Below, one piece after another: positions 50,522-60,486 of a stretch of 64,000 nucleotides of DNA; position 1 is the first letter of the stretch, and each line of letters starts with the position of its first letter. Source of the stretch: Candidatus Cloacimonadales bacterium (GTDB taxonomy: Bacteria > Cloacimonadota > Cloacimonadia > Cloacimonadales > JAFGVF01); NCBI GenBank assembly GCA_963667035.1, contig OY762964.1, positions 2,976,001 through 3,040,000 on the forward strand. Reading direction: 5' to 3'. The translations under genes were made by a program, and so were the position numbers. The notes under the pieces were generated by a model. That model worked only from the letters and a program-made list of their open reading frames with translations, was not told the origin of the DNA and ran no database searches.

Positions 50522-51238
50522 TTATTCTTCAAACAGGTCTTCTTCCGAAGGTGGAGTGTATTCAAAGTGTTTAGACATCTTCATGGTTGTAGTATTCTCC
50601 ATTTTCTGTCCGCCTGCTTCAATAACAGTTTCAGAAATAACTTTACTTGCAAAGAATTTTCCCTTACTGTTTGTTTTATAATAAGAAGTGTTCTTCATAG
50701 CAGTAACAAATTGAGGTAAAGGAAGCATGCTGTTTTCATCTTTTATAGGCTCTCCTGTTTTAGCATCTAAGAAAACCGTGCCAAACAATTGAGTTTCTTT
50801 ACCACTCTCATCCGTTACTGTTTTTTTATATGAGAAGACGGCACAATCGATTCCTTCAAAGTCCTGATTACCTTTTCTTTTAAGTTTTATCTCATTAGGA
50901 TCATCAACAAATACACCATCTTTCTTTGGAGTAAAATCTTGAGCAAGAATCTGATTTACAACAGGGTTATCTGCAGTAATTTCTTCTTCTCCCATAACAC
51001 CTTTAATAAATTCAGATTCAAGTCCTTCATCTGTTTGCTTAACGCCAACATGAAACTCTGCGGTAACACTTTGAGGTCCGGTCATACTGGTTGTCATCTT
51101 CATTAATCCCGGAACAAGATTCCAGTTGTTATTATAGAATTCTTGGGCTTTTGTCCAGAGGGGGTCCACTCCTTTAGCAGTAAGACAACTACATATAACT
51201 ACAAATAGTAATGTTGTGAATAAAAGTTTTTTTAACAT
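50522..51238 (-). CDS. Exported hypothetical protein
   Basis: Signal peptide, RBS AGGAG, beta-rich sequence; last gene of the ABC/M1 operon. Confidence 0.7.
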   Translation of the reverse strand: MLKKLLFTTLLFVVICSCLTAKGVDPLWTKAQEFYNNNWNLVPGLMKMTTSMTGPQSVTAEFHVGVKQTDEGLESEFIKGVMGEEEITADNPVVNQILAQDFTPKKDGVFVDDPNEIKLKRKGNQDFEGIDCAVFSYKKTVTDESGKETQLFGTVFLDAKTGEPIKDENSMLPLPQFVTAMKNTSYYKTNSKGKFFASKVISETVIEAGGQKMENTTTMKMSKHFEYTPPSEEDLFEE

Positions 51239-51247
51239 AATATCTCC

Positions 51248-54200
51248 TTAATTTGCTCTCCCTTGAACCGTAACAACTTCTTCAGGGGCAGAACCACTTA
51301 CACTAACAATATTGTCATAGGGATTTTTGTCAATAAGCATAAAATATGGATCAACACCTACTTTTATAGGTTTAATCGGAGTTTTTATACTAAAATGCCT
51401 CTTCCCATCAGCAATTTGAATTTTATTAATATAAAGAGGATACTCCTTTTCTTTTCCATTAACAAACTTTGTACCTAGTACAGCTACATCTATCCAATCA
51501 TTCATATCCGTTTTAGTTGTTTCTCCTTTACCGTCATCATACATCTTTGCAACTTCTACATCAAAATCAACGGTATACTCTTCATCATCAGTTTCAGGAT
51601 TGGTTATTTTCAGATTTGTTACTTTATTATCATAGAGGGTAATCTTTTTATACCAATCATCAACAAGATATATAAGAGAGTCAGGAGTTTCATTCTCCAA
51701 ATATGACAGGAATTCCAAGGTATTTGTATACGGTCTGTCTTGGAATTTAACGGAATCAAGATAGTTTGATAAAGCTCTATTCATTGGTCTTCCACCAATC
51801 ATATCGGCCATGCCGTACATTACAATTGCTCCTTTGTTATAATATATGTATTGTTGGTTCTCAACAAGATATAGGGGTTCCTCTTCACGATCTTCGTAAG
51901 CTCTTCCTGTAAGATAAGAGCTCAACTCATGCTTAAGGAATTTTCCAACAATCTCCATTCCAAACTTCTTTTCCATTACTTTAACGGATGAATATTGTGC
52001 AAAGGCTTCACTAAGCATTACTGCACCTTGAACGTCAGCACCGATTACCTGATGTGCCCACCACTGATGAGCAACTTCATGACATGTAACCCAATAAGGA
52101 TAATCAATATCTCCTTTATCTGCATTAACATCAGCAATGAAGCCTATTGATTCGGAGAATGGTATTGTTGTAGGGAAGGATTGTGCATAAGTTGCCCAGC
52201 GAGGGAATTCTACGATTCTTAATACCTTATTCTGGAATGGTCCAAAGCTATTGGTATAGTATGATAAAGAGTTCTTCATAGCAGTCATCATTCCATCTGT
52301 GTTGTAAGGATGTTCTGAGTCGTAATATACTTCCAAATCAACTTCTTGTCCTGTTTTCTTATTTTTCCAATGACCTTTCTTAACTTCAAGTTCAGCGGAA
52401 AGGAATGCAACAAAATTCAAGATAGGTTGATCCATTTTAAAGTGAACATACTTCCTTCCATTCTCTTCCCATTTGTCCATTACATAACCGGGAGAAATAG
52501 GAGTCTGAGAGTTCACGGTACTCATCACAACTTCATAGGTTACCCAATCCGAGTCATTAGAGATATATGTATTCTGACGTGCTTTTACGTCATCGACTTT
52601 TGCCATTCTTTCTTTAGGCGGGAGTCCCATTTTCTTTCTTTTATCAGGACTAGAAATCTCCATGCCCGTATCATAGGCAAAACCCGGTACAAACATCTTG
52701 TTGTTAAGAAATGTTCCGTTTTTAACAACCGAAGTAGAATTAAATCCTTTTGGCTCTGTAACAAATTCAAAATCACAATGGAATTCTTCTCCTGGTTGCA
52801 ACGGCTCAGTAAATTTATATGTTCTGATACCGAAGTCCGTATTGTCGACACTTATTGTTGAAGGTTTATCAAACTCCAGCTTTTTCATTTCCATATCTTC
52901 GTTGTATGTAACATACATGGAGTCTAAAGCAACAGTTTCTTTGTTTCTAAGAGTTAGTCTGCCACCAAGTACACCTATACCATCTTCGGGATATAAATCA
53001 ACTTTAAGACTTACATCTGTAACTCTTGGCCCAAGCATTCCGTCATATTTCTTAAAGTCTTTTTCAAGCTGTGCTCTGATTTTGACCCAAGTCTTACTTA
53101 AATGAAAATCATTAACTATGTTTGTTTGATAGAATACTATGGAAGCCATAGAAAGATATACTACTCCCAAGCTTATCAAGAGAGTTTTAACAGCAGGAGT
53201 CATTCTTTGCTTTGCTAGACTTTTTCTCTCTATGATATTATTGTTTCGACCTCTAACCATAAACAGATAAGCTACTACAAGAAGTATTATATCCAGAGAT
53301 GTCCATAACAATGTACTAACAATATTAAATCCTGTATTTCCTCTCCATCCTGCCATATCAGAATAACTCATACCTATACCGGATTGGTAATTAAACAACG
53401 GGTGTTCAAGACCAATCATTGATACAAAGCCTCTAAGAATAACAACACCTAAGAATACGAAATGAGACACATATTTGTTGTTTACAAGAGTATGTACTGT
53501 AAAGGCTGTAAGAGTGAGTCTAAAGATTGCCAAGGTTCTGAAAATAAACTCAACAAGATAGACATCAGGCTTTATATTAGTAAAACCACTAAACAATTGA
53601 AATAGAATTGCAACTAAAAATGCTCCAATGATTATTATCAACTGCATTCCCATTAAAGCAAATAGTTTAGAAACAAGGAATACCCAACTCTTGGATGGTG
53701 TAGAATCCAGTATCAAATCCATTCTATTGATTCTACTTTTCCAAAGCAATTCACCTGCAAACAGAGTTACTAGCACCAATATCAAAGTAGAGATACCACC
53801 ATGAACACCGGACATCACTTTGTAAGTTACCGGTAACGTTTCAGTTTCATATATCTGACCTGATGTTCTTATGGTAAAATATGTTAGTGCTAAACCACAT
53901 ACAACCAAAATCCAGAAATAGAATCTGGAAGTTATATTTTTTGTCTCCATCCCAATAAGGTAGTAAAGTTGCTTCCAGCTCTGTTTTGATGAAAAGTCTT
54001 TTTGAACATTAGCAGAATTAAAGCTTATGGCTTTATATTTTGATACTGTTGATTTACTCTTTTTCTCTCTCTTACCTTTCAATTCAGGATAAGCAAAAAC
54101 AGTTTTTATGTAAGAAAGCCAGAATAGAACTAATCCTACACCACACCACAGTAATCGATTAATCATCATTACAGGAGTAAACGGTACAAGGTGATTATTC

Positions 54201-54904
54201 TTTTCAGCAACACTCATTAAATCTGTAACAAATCCTGAAGTAAATATTGCAAAAGGATCAAGGATGGCTATCAATCTCTTCATGCTAACTTTACTTGCTA
54301 AGGTTGAAATTATCAGGTAGAAAACCAATAAGAGTATGGCACCGACATAAACAGAAGCTTGTTTTTTTGTTAATGAACCGATTGCATAGAATATCCCACA
54401 AGTAAATATCATGTTGGGAAGAACAATTGTTACGTAAGGCCATAAATAAGCCGCAATGTTAATACTACCAAAATAGCTTCTGTCTATCCAAGGTGATATT
54501 GATGATAGGAATATTCCCACTGCTATAGAGAACATTATCATGGTTAGCACTATAGCATTGCCAAGGAATCTGCCTAGTAAGTAACTAATCTTGCTGATAG
54601 GTTTGGTGTAAATTAACTGAAACATAGAATATTCATGATCCCTGCTGACTGCATCTCCCGAGAAAGCTGCACAGAAGAAGATTGCCAGTAGTTGGAAACC
54701 AAGAATAGTAGAGTGAATAAAGAATGGAGAGTTAAGCATAATTCTCTCACCACTTCCTGCCATCATAACTCTCATTCCGGTAAATGCACCTCCGGCAATC
54801 TGAAGAGTAAAATATGATAGTAGAAAGAAAACTCCCATATATATGTATGTAGAAATTCTAGTTAGTCTGTATTTTAGCTCAAATTTAAGCATTTCAAGGA
54901 ACAT
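51248..54904 (-). CDS. ABC-2 permease fused to M1-family zinc aminopeptidase
   Basis: About 12 N-terminal TM helices; YAQSF, HEVAHQWW (HEXXH), LSEAFAQY, YIYYNKG. Confidence 0.9.
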   Translation of the reverse strand: MFLEMLKFELKYRLTRISTYIYMGVFFLLSYFTLQIAGGAFTGMRVMMAGSGERIMLNSPFFIHSTILGFQLLAIFFCAAFSGDAVSRDHEYSMFQLIYTKPISKISYLLGRFLGNAIVLTMIMFSIAVGIFLSSISPWIDRSYFGSINIAAYLWPYVTIVLPNMIFTCGIFYAIGSLTKKQASVYVGAILLLVFYLIISTLASKVSMKRLIAILDPFAIFTSGFVTDLMSVAEKNNHLVPFTPVMMINRLLWCGVGLVLFWLSYIKTVFAYPELKGKREKKSKSTVSKYKAISFNSANVQKDFSSKQSWKQLYYLIGMETKNITSRFYFWILVVCGLALTYFTIRTSGQIYETETLPVTYKVMSGVHGGISTLILVLVTLFAGELLWKSRINRMDLILDSTPSKSWVFLVSKLFALMGMQLIIIIGAFLVAILFQLFSGFTNIKPDVYLVEFIFRTLAIFRLTLTAFTVHTLVNNKYVSHFVFLGVVILRGFVSMIGLEHPLFNYQSGIGMSYSDMAGWRGNTGFNIVSTLLWTSLDIILLVVAYLFMVRGRNNNIIERKSLAKQRMTPAVKTLLISLGVVYLSMASIVFYQTNIVNDFHLSKTWVKIRAQLEKDFKKYDGMLGPRVTDVSLKVDLYPEDGIGVLGGRLTLRNKETVALDSMYVTYNEDMEMKKLEFDKPSTISVDNTDFGIRTYKFTEPLQPGEEFHCDFEFVTEPKGFNSTSVVKNGTFLNNKMFVPGFAYDTGMEISSPDKRKKMGLPPKERMAKVDDVKARQNTYISNDSDWVTYEVVMSTVNSQTPISPGYVMDKWEENGRKYVHFKMDQPILNFVAFLSAELEVKKGHWKNKKTGQEVDLEVYYDSEHPYNTDGMMTAMKNSLSYYTNSFGPFQNKVLRIVEFPRWATYAQSFPTTIPFSESIGFIADVNADKGDIDYPYWVTCHEVAHQWWAHQVIGADVQGAVMLSEAFAQYSSVKVMEKKFGMEIVGKFLKHELSSYLTGRAYEDREEEPLYLVENQQYIYYNKGAIVMYGMADMIGGRPMNRALSNYLDSVKFQDRPYTNTLEFLSYLENETPDSLIYLVDDWYKKITLYDNKVTNLKITNPETDDEEYTVDFDVEVAKMYDDGKGETTKTDMNDWIDVAVLGTKFVNGKEKEYPLYINKIQIADGKRHFSIKTPIKPIKVGVDPYFMLIDKNPYDNIVSVSGSAPEEVVTVQGRAN

Positions 54905-54915
54905 CTGTCCCTCCT

Positions 54916-55797
54916 TTAAACTATCTCATCAGCCGGTATTGTGCTGAAATAAACATCTGATAAATCCGGATTCTTAAGATCAAAGCCTTCTCCCGGATTC
55001 TCTTCACTAAGGACAGTAATCTGTAATTTCCCAACTTGGAGTTTAGAAGATATAACTTGATATTCCTTTTGGTGTTGCTTCATTTCGGATTTATCAATCA
55101 GCTTTATCCACAAACGATTTTTAAGATTATCTATTGCAGTAATAGGATCGGAAGAGATAAGCACTTCTCCTTTATGAATAATAGCAAATTCGGAACAAAG
55201 TTCACTTACATCCTCAACTATATGAGTTGATAAAATCACTATTCTGTTCTCGCCTAATTCGGATAGAATATTGTAAAAATGATTTCTTTCTTTAGGGTCA
55301 AGTCCGGCTGTGGGCTCATCAACAATCAATAAATCAGGTTCTCCGAGAAGAGCTTGTGCTATTCCGAATCTTTGTTTCATACCACCGGAATACCCTCCCA
55401 GATGTTTCTTTCTTACATCGAAAAGGTTTACCTCATTCAAGTAGTGGTTAACAATCTCTTTTCTTTGAGAGTTATTAGCAATACCTTTCAGTCTGGCAAA
55501 ATGGCTTAGCATATCATAAGCGGAGACATTAGGATAGAAATCAAAATCTTGAGGTAAGAATCCCAAGCGTTTCCTAATTCCCAATTTATCTTTAGTTATA
55601 TCTATACCATCAAAAATTACAGTACCTTTATCTGCCTCTTGAAGAGTTGAGATAGTTCTCATTAAAGTTGATTTACCTGCCCCGTTAGGTCCTAAAAGAC
55701 CGAACATCCCTTCACTAATCTTAAGATCGATACCCTTGAGGGCTTGAACTCCATTGGAATATGTCTTTTCCAAACCGCTTATTATAAGCTCTTTCAT
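54916..55797 (-). CDS. ABC transporter ATP-binding protein
   Basis: GPNGAGKST, YSGGMKQR, IVDEPTAGLDP, STH. Confidence 0.95.
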   Translation of the reverse strand: MKELIISGLEKTYSNGVQALKGIDLKISEGMFGLLGPNGAGKSTLMRTISTLQEADKGTVIFDGIDITKDKLGIRKRLGFLPQDFDFYPNVSAYDMLSHFARLKGIANNSQRKEIVNHYLNEVNLFDVRKKHLGGYSGGMKQRFGIAQALLGEPDLLIVDEPTAGLDPKERNHFYNILSELGENRIVILSTHIVEDVSELCSEFAIIHKGEVLISSDPITAIDNLKNRLWIKLIDKSEMKQHQKEYQVISSKLQVGKLQITVLSEENPGEGFDLKNPDLSDVYFSTIPADEIV

Positions 55798-56050
55798 CTT
55801 TATTCCTTCCTTAGTAGATATTTCTAAGCGTCACTATAATAATTATTGTCATTTCTCATGGTTACTGAGAATTTACAAAACTATACTCAAAGTGTTATTA
55901 TCAATTAAAAGTGTAAAGTTGTTTTTTATAATACAATCTATTATCCTATTATGAACATAAAGCCATCTGATAATTATTAACATGGTTAAGAAATTATTCT
56001 CTTGACCTTTATTTTTGTACTAGCATAATTCTATCTCAAAGGTATTTAAA

Positions 56051-58366
56051 ATGATAGGTAATAGAATAGGGATGAAAGAATTCCCAAATCCAATATTATT
56101 TCCGACATTGGGATTCTGTCTTGGAATTATTCTCCAAGCTTATTGGCATTTACCGTTTCTTGCCCCTATAGTGATTATGCTCCTTACTATTACTTTAGTA
56201 ACTAAACTGAAGTTTGTCCCATTATTACTACTTATAATAGCCTTAGGTGCAATGCGATATGATGCAACTAATCCAAAAAATCCTCTGGAGGAATATCTTT
56301 CTCATGAGGAAACAACCAACGAGTATATAAAGGGTCATGTTACAGATAAAGACCATCTTCAATCCGGTGATTGGGTTTATATAGTCAGAACAGAATCTAC
56401 ATATAGCTTTCCTTTTCAAGTTACATTAAGAGTATTTTCGGAGAATGACACACTTATGATTGGAGACATTATCTCTGCGTATATCAATTTGAATAGGGTA
56501 GACCCCGCTCTCAATCCGGGAGAATTCGATTACTCCGGATATATGCTAAGGAATGGTATTCACGGGAAAGCAAACTTCTCAAGCAAAATAAAGGTTTTTA
56601 GAAATAGGCAGAATCTAAGAACAGTACTAAATCGGATAAAATTATCTGCTCTTGGAAGAATTGAAAGAGTATTTCCCAATAACTCCGGATTTGTTAAAGC
56701 AGTCCTATTTGGGGATAGGTCGGAGTTAAATGAAGTGAGAGATACATTCAAAGATGCTGGTGTAATGCATTTGTTAGCAATAAGCGGTTTACATATAGGG
56801 ATTATCTATCTGTTTGTGTTTACCTCTTTAAGGTTTTTTTTATCAAAAAGGGCTTCCATAGCAATCGCTTGTATTATTTTGCTTGGATATCTTGCTGTTT
56901 GTAATAATTCACCATCAGTAAGTAGAGCTGTTATCATGATAACAATTATCTCACTTGCAAAGATATTGGAAAGAGATATTAGTATAATCCAGTTGTTATC
57001 ACTTTCCGCATTACTAATTTTATTCTTAAACCCGCATGAATTGTTTAATGTTGGATTTCAGTTAAGTTTTACTGCTGTCTATACCATATTGGTAATTACC
57101 CCAAAACTGGGATTTATAAATCATCATAAAGAGAATAGATACATTAAGTATCTTCTAACCCCCATTGTGATAACAGTAAGCGTTAACTTGTTACTTCTTC
57201 CCATAATATTATATCACTTCCACGAAGCACCATTAGTTGGAGTAATCAGTTCTATCCCTGCAATTCTACTGTTCAGTTTATATTTCCCCATAACAATCTT
57301 AGTATATATAACTCCAGTTTCTGCGTTAAGTCAGTTTCTTTATCCTGTTTCAGAGCAATTGCTTCATTTATTGTTTAAACTGGTATATATGACATCAAAT
57401 TTACTACTCAAACTTGATTATATAATCTTTCCGCGATTCTTAATAATTGCATTCTGGATTTTTATCGTGATTATCCCTTTGTTAAAGCATAGACGCATAG
57501 TAATGTTATGCTTTATTATTTTGTTCTCAGCTACTTTATTCTATGTTAATGAGTTTGGAAGTAAAAGGTTTGAGGTCGTCAGCTTTGCAGTTGGGCACGG
57601 AGATTGTCATTTAATCCGGAATGGTAACGGAGTTGTGATGATTGATACGGGAGCATTCAATAAAAGGGTATCAGAAATTGAAAGACATGTATTCCCTTAT
57701 CTTAAGGAAAATGGTATAAAATCTATAGATAAGCTTATCATTACTCATCAGCATAATGACCACTACGGGGGAATTCTACCTCTACTAAATGAAGTTAAGG
57801 TAAAGGAGCTTGTGGTAAGTAGTAATTTTGCAAGAAGCGGATTATTCAAGCATTGGAAGAGTATTTCTTCTCCTATTGAGAATACCGTGGTAACTGTTGT
57901 TGATGATACTTTGCATTACAAAAAAGGCAATATGGATTTGCTCTTTATTAATCCCGTGTCTAACTATATGGAGTATAGTGTGAATAATCAGTCCTTGATA
58001 ACAAAACTGGAATATAAACAACTCTCAATTCTGTTTACAGGTGACTTGGAGATAGAAGGCGAGAACGAAGTTCTAAGAAAGTACAAGAAGAGGTTAAAAA
58101 GCGATGTATTGAAAGCCGGTCATCATGGAGCTAAGAATACTATCGGTTATTCTTTCTTAAAAACAGTTTCCCCATATCTGGTGATAATTCCTGCTAATTG
58201 TAAAAAACATTCTGATTTTGCAAAAGAAACACTAATAAAACTTAAAGAATTTGAGATAGAGTACTATATTACAGGATATGACGGAGCAGTGATTATTACC
58301 GAAGAATCGGATAGATTTTTTGCCCGTACCTATCATACTCATGAAACAGTCTACTTAAGCTATTAG
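56051..58366 (+). CDS. comEC: DNA internalization competence protein ComEC/Rec2
   Basis: NPGEFDY, HLLAISGLH, GFQLSF, VGHGD, THQHNDHYGG (MBL), FTGD, KAGHHG; start may be 56072. Confidence 0.93.
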   Translation: MIGNRIGMKEFPNPILFPTLGFCLGIILQAYWHLPFLAPIVIMLLTITLVTKLKFVPLLLLIIALGAMRYDATNPKNPLEEYLSHEETTNEYIKGHVTDKDHLQSGDWVYIVRTESTYSFPFQVTLRVFSENDTLMIGDIISAYINLNRVDPALNPGEFDYSGYMLRNGIHGKANFSSKIKVFRNRQNLRTVLNRIKLSALGRIERVFPNNSGFVKAVLFGDRSELNEVRDTFKDAGVMHLLAISGLHIGIIYLFVFTSLRFFLSKRASIAIACIILLGYLAVCNNSPSVSRAVIMITIISLAKILERDISIIQLLSLSALLILFLNPHELFNVGFQLSFTAVYTILVITPKLGFINHHKENRYIKYLLTPIVITVSVNLLLLPIILYHFHEAPLVGVISSIPAILLFSLYFPITILVYITPVSALSQFLYPVSEQLLHLLFKLVYMTSNLLLKLDYIIFPRFLIIAFWIFIVIIPLLKHRRIVMLCFIILFSATLFYVNEFGSKRFEVVSFAVGHGDCHLIRNGNGVVMIDTGAFNKRVSEIERHVFPYLKENGIKSIDKLIITHQHNDHYGGILPLLNEVKVKELVVSSNFARSGLFKHWKSISSPIENTVVTVVDDTLHYKKGNMDLLFINPVSNYMEYSVNNQSLITKLEYKQLSILFTGDLEIEGENEVLRKYKKRLKSDVLKAGHHGAKNTIGYSFLKTVSPYLVIIPANCKKHSDFAKETLIKLKEFEIEYYITGYDGAVIITEESDRFFARTYHTHETVYLSY

Positions 58367-58519
58367 GACAGTAGTAATTATGAGCATACTATGCTAATAA
58401 ATTAGTCCTCATGTTAGTACAGTCTTTTGCATATCAAGAAAAACGGATTATTATTTTTCTTGTGTAAAAAAATGTAGCTATATATAGCGGAATCAGGATT
58501 GCTATAAAGTGGAGGATTA

Positions 58520-59473
58520 ATGAACTACGATGTGATTATCATTGGTGCCGGACCTGCCGGTCTTTCAGCTGCAGTATATGCAGCTAGGGGAGAGATGAAA
58601 ACAGTTGTTTTCGATAAAGGTATTGAAGGCGGTCAGATGAACCTAACCGATGAGATTGAGAACTATCCGGGATTTGAAAAGGTTGTAACCGGTTATGAAA
58701 TGGGAATGAAAATGAAGGCACAAGCTGAGAAATTTGGAACTCAGTTTAAATATGAAGAAATTACAGCTGTTTCTCTGGACGGTTATTGCAAAGTTGTTGA
58801 AACAACTAAAGCTAAGTACAGAGCGAAAGCACTTATAATTGCTACCGGTGCTTCTCCAAGAAGATTGAATGTTCCGGGAGAAGAAAGATTAACAGGACGA
58901 GGTGTTTCCTATTGTGCCGTATGTGACGGAGCTCTTTACAGAGGTAAAACCGTTGCCGTTATCGGTGGAGGTGATTCGGCAGTGGAAGAAGCAATGTATT
59001 TAACTAAGTTTGCTAAAAAAGTATATCTTATCCATAGAAGAGAGCAACTCAGAGCTGAGAAAGTTATTCAAAACAGAGCTTTTACAAATAAGAAAATAGA
59101 GTTTATCTGGAACACTGTTGTAAATGAGGTAGAAGGTGATCCTGTAGTCTCTGGTTTAAAATTATTCAATCGTAAAGAAGATAAGAATACTTATCTTAAG
59201 GTTGACGGTGTCTTTATTTATGTTGGGATTCTTCCTAACAATAATTTGTTTGAATCCAGAATTGAATTGAATGAAGCAGGATTTGTAACAACCAATTCTC
59301 TTATGCAAACAAACCTTCCGGGAGTTTATGTTGCAGGTGATTTGAGAGAAAAACCTTTAAGGCAAGTTGTTACTGCTGCAGCAGATGGAGCAATTGCAGG
59401 TTGGTCTGCCGAGAAGTGGATTGAAGAGAATGAAGAACACTTCGCAGACGGTGTTTGTGAAATTATAAAATAA
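58520..59473 (+). CDS. trxB: Thioredoxin-disulfide reductase
   Basis: GAGPAGLSAA, IENYPGF, GVSYCAVCDG, GGGDSAVEEA, AGD...RQVVTA. Confidence 0.95.
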   Translation: MNYDVIIIGAGPAGLSAAVYAARGEMKTVVFDKGIEGGQMNLTDEIENYPGFEKVVTGYEMGMKMKAQAEKFGTQFKYEEITAVSLDGYCKVVETTKAKYRAKALIIATGASPRRLNVPGEERLTGRGVSYCAVCDGALYRGKTVAVIGGGDSAVEEAMYLTKFAKKVYLIHRREQLRAEKVIQNRAFTNKKIEFIWNTVVNEVEGDPVVSGLKLFNRKEDKNTYLKVDGVFIYVGILPNNNLFESRIELNEAGFVTTNSLMQTNLPGVYVAGDLREKPLRQVVTAAADGAIAGWSAEKWIEENEEHFADGVCEIIK

Positions 59474-59496
59474 CTATTATCAAAAATTGAAACTAT

Positions 59497-59523
59497 AGCC
59501 TGCTGTTTTCAGCAGGCTTTTTT
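59497..59523 (+). terminator. trxB terminator
   Basis: AGCCTGCTG-TTTT-CAGCAGGCT followed by a T-run. Confidence 0.85.
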
Positions 59524-59529
59524 AGATGT

Positions 59530-60236
59530 GTAACGAAATCCACCTGCTCTGCAGGTGGTTCCCCAAAGCTTTAGCTATGCACAAAAATTCCTCCATCGTA
59601 ACTTTGTAGTGTCAGCTGCAAAATAAACAAAGGAGGAATAATGGATAATAGTACATTATCACATACTACATGGAATTGTAAATACCACATAGTCTTTGCA
59701 CCCAAGTATCGACGACAGGTAATTTATCGCAAACTAAAAAAAGATATTGGTGAGATACTGCGAGTATTATGTGAACGGAAACAGATTGAAATCATTGAAG
59801 CAGAGGCTTGCCCCGGTCACATTCACATGTTGATAAAAATACCACCGAAATATAGTGTTTCATCAATAATGGGATATCTTAAAGGTAAGAGTAGCCTGAT
59901 GATTTTTGACCGACATACTCAACTGAAATACAAGTATGGTCAACGTCGATTTTGGTGTCGAGGCTACTTTGTCGATACCGTTGGCAAAAATGAACAGCGA
60001 ATAGCAAATTATGTCAGGTCACAACTCCAAGAAGATGTACTCTCTGATCAGATGACAATCAAAGAGTTTAATTGACCCGTTTACGGGTAAGCAAGAAAAC
60101 TAAGGCATTAAAATAACCCCTTTAGGGGTATCCGGAAATAGTTGTGCAGCTGACATTTTCTCAGAGGGCGAAAGCCTGGTCAGTGTCCGCCCTTATAGGG
60201 CGAGTCCAAACCACCAGCTGAGCTGGTGGTCATGAT
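59530..60236 (+). mobile_element. IS200-type insertion sequence (tnpA only)
   Basis: Sub-terminal hairpins CCACCTGC-TCT-GCAGGTGG (59540-59558) and ACCACCAGC-TGA-GCTGGTGGT (60210-60230) flank a Y1 transposase; exact ends uncertain. Confidence 0.85.
59641..60075 (+). CDS. tnpA: IS200/IS605 Y1 (HUH) transposase
   Basis: CKYHIVFAPKYRR, HIH (HUH), LKGKSS, FWCRGYFVDTVG, Y...Q; RBS AAGGAGG. Confidence 0.95.
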   Translation: MDNSTLSHTTWNCKYHIVFAPKYRRQVIYRKLKKDIGEILRVLCERKQIEIIEAEACPGHIHMLIKIPPKYSVSSIMGYLKGKSSLMIFDRHTQLKYKYGQRRFWCRGYFVDTVGKNEQRIANYVRSQLQEDVLSDQMTIKEFN

Positions 60237-60336
60237 TATGACACTTTTTTTAACAATTCCATAGACTAATAGGTTAAGTCTGTATTTAATGCAGTTAATA
60301 ATACACAATTTTATGCTTACACTGAATTATCTGTTC

Positions 60337-60477
60337 TCTTTCATTTACCTATTTCAATTCCTAATAGATACTCGTTAGCGCCCCGTTAGATTCTCATTAC
60401 GATAAATAGGAAACGAACAGGCAACTGTTGAGGAACCGATAATCATCTAATATGAATTGAGATAGATAAATGAGAGA
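60337..60477 (+). other. Long imperfect inverted repeat; candidate structured RNA or miniature element
   Basis: 60337-60360 pairs with 60454-60477 over 24 positions (2 G-U, 1 mismatch). Confidence 0.45.
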
Positions 60478-60486
60478 CTAAAGAAA

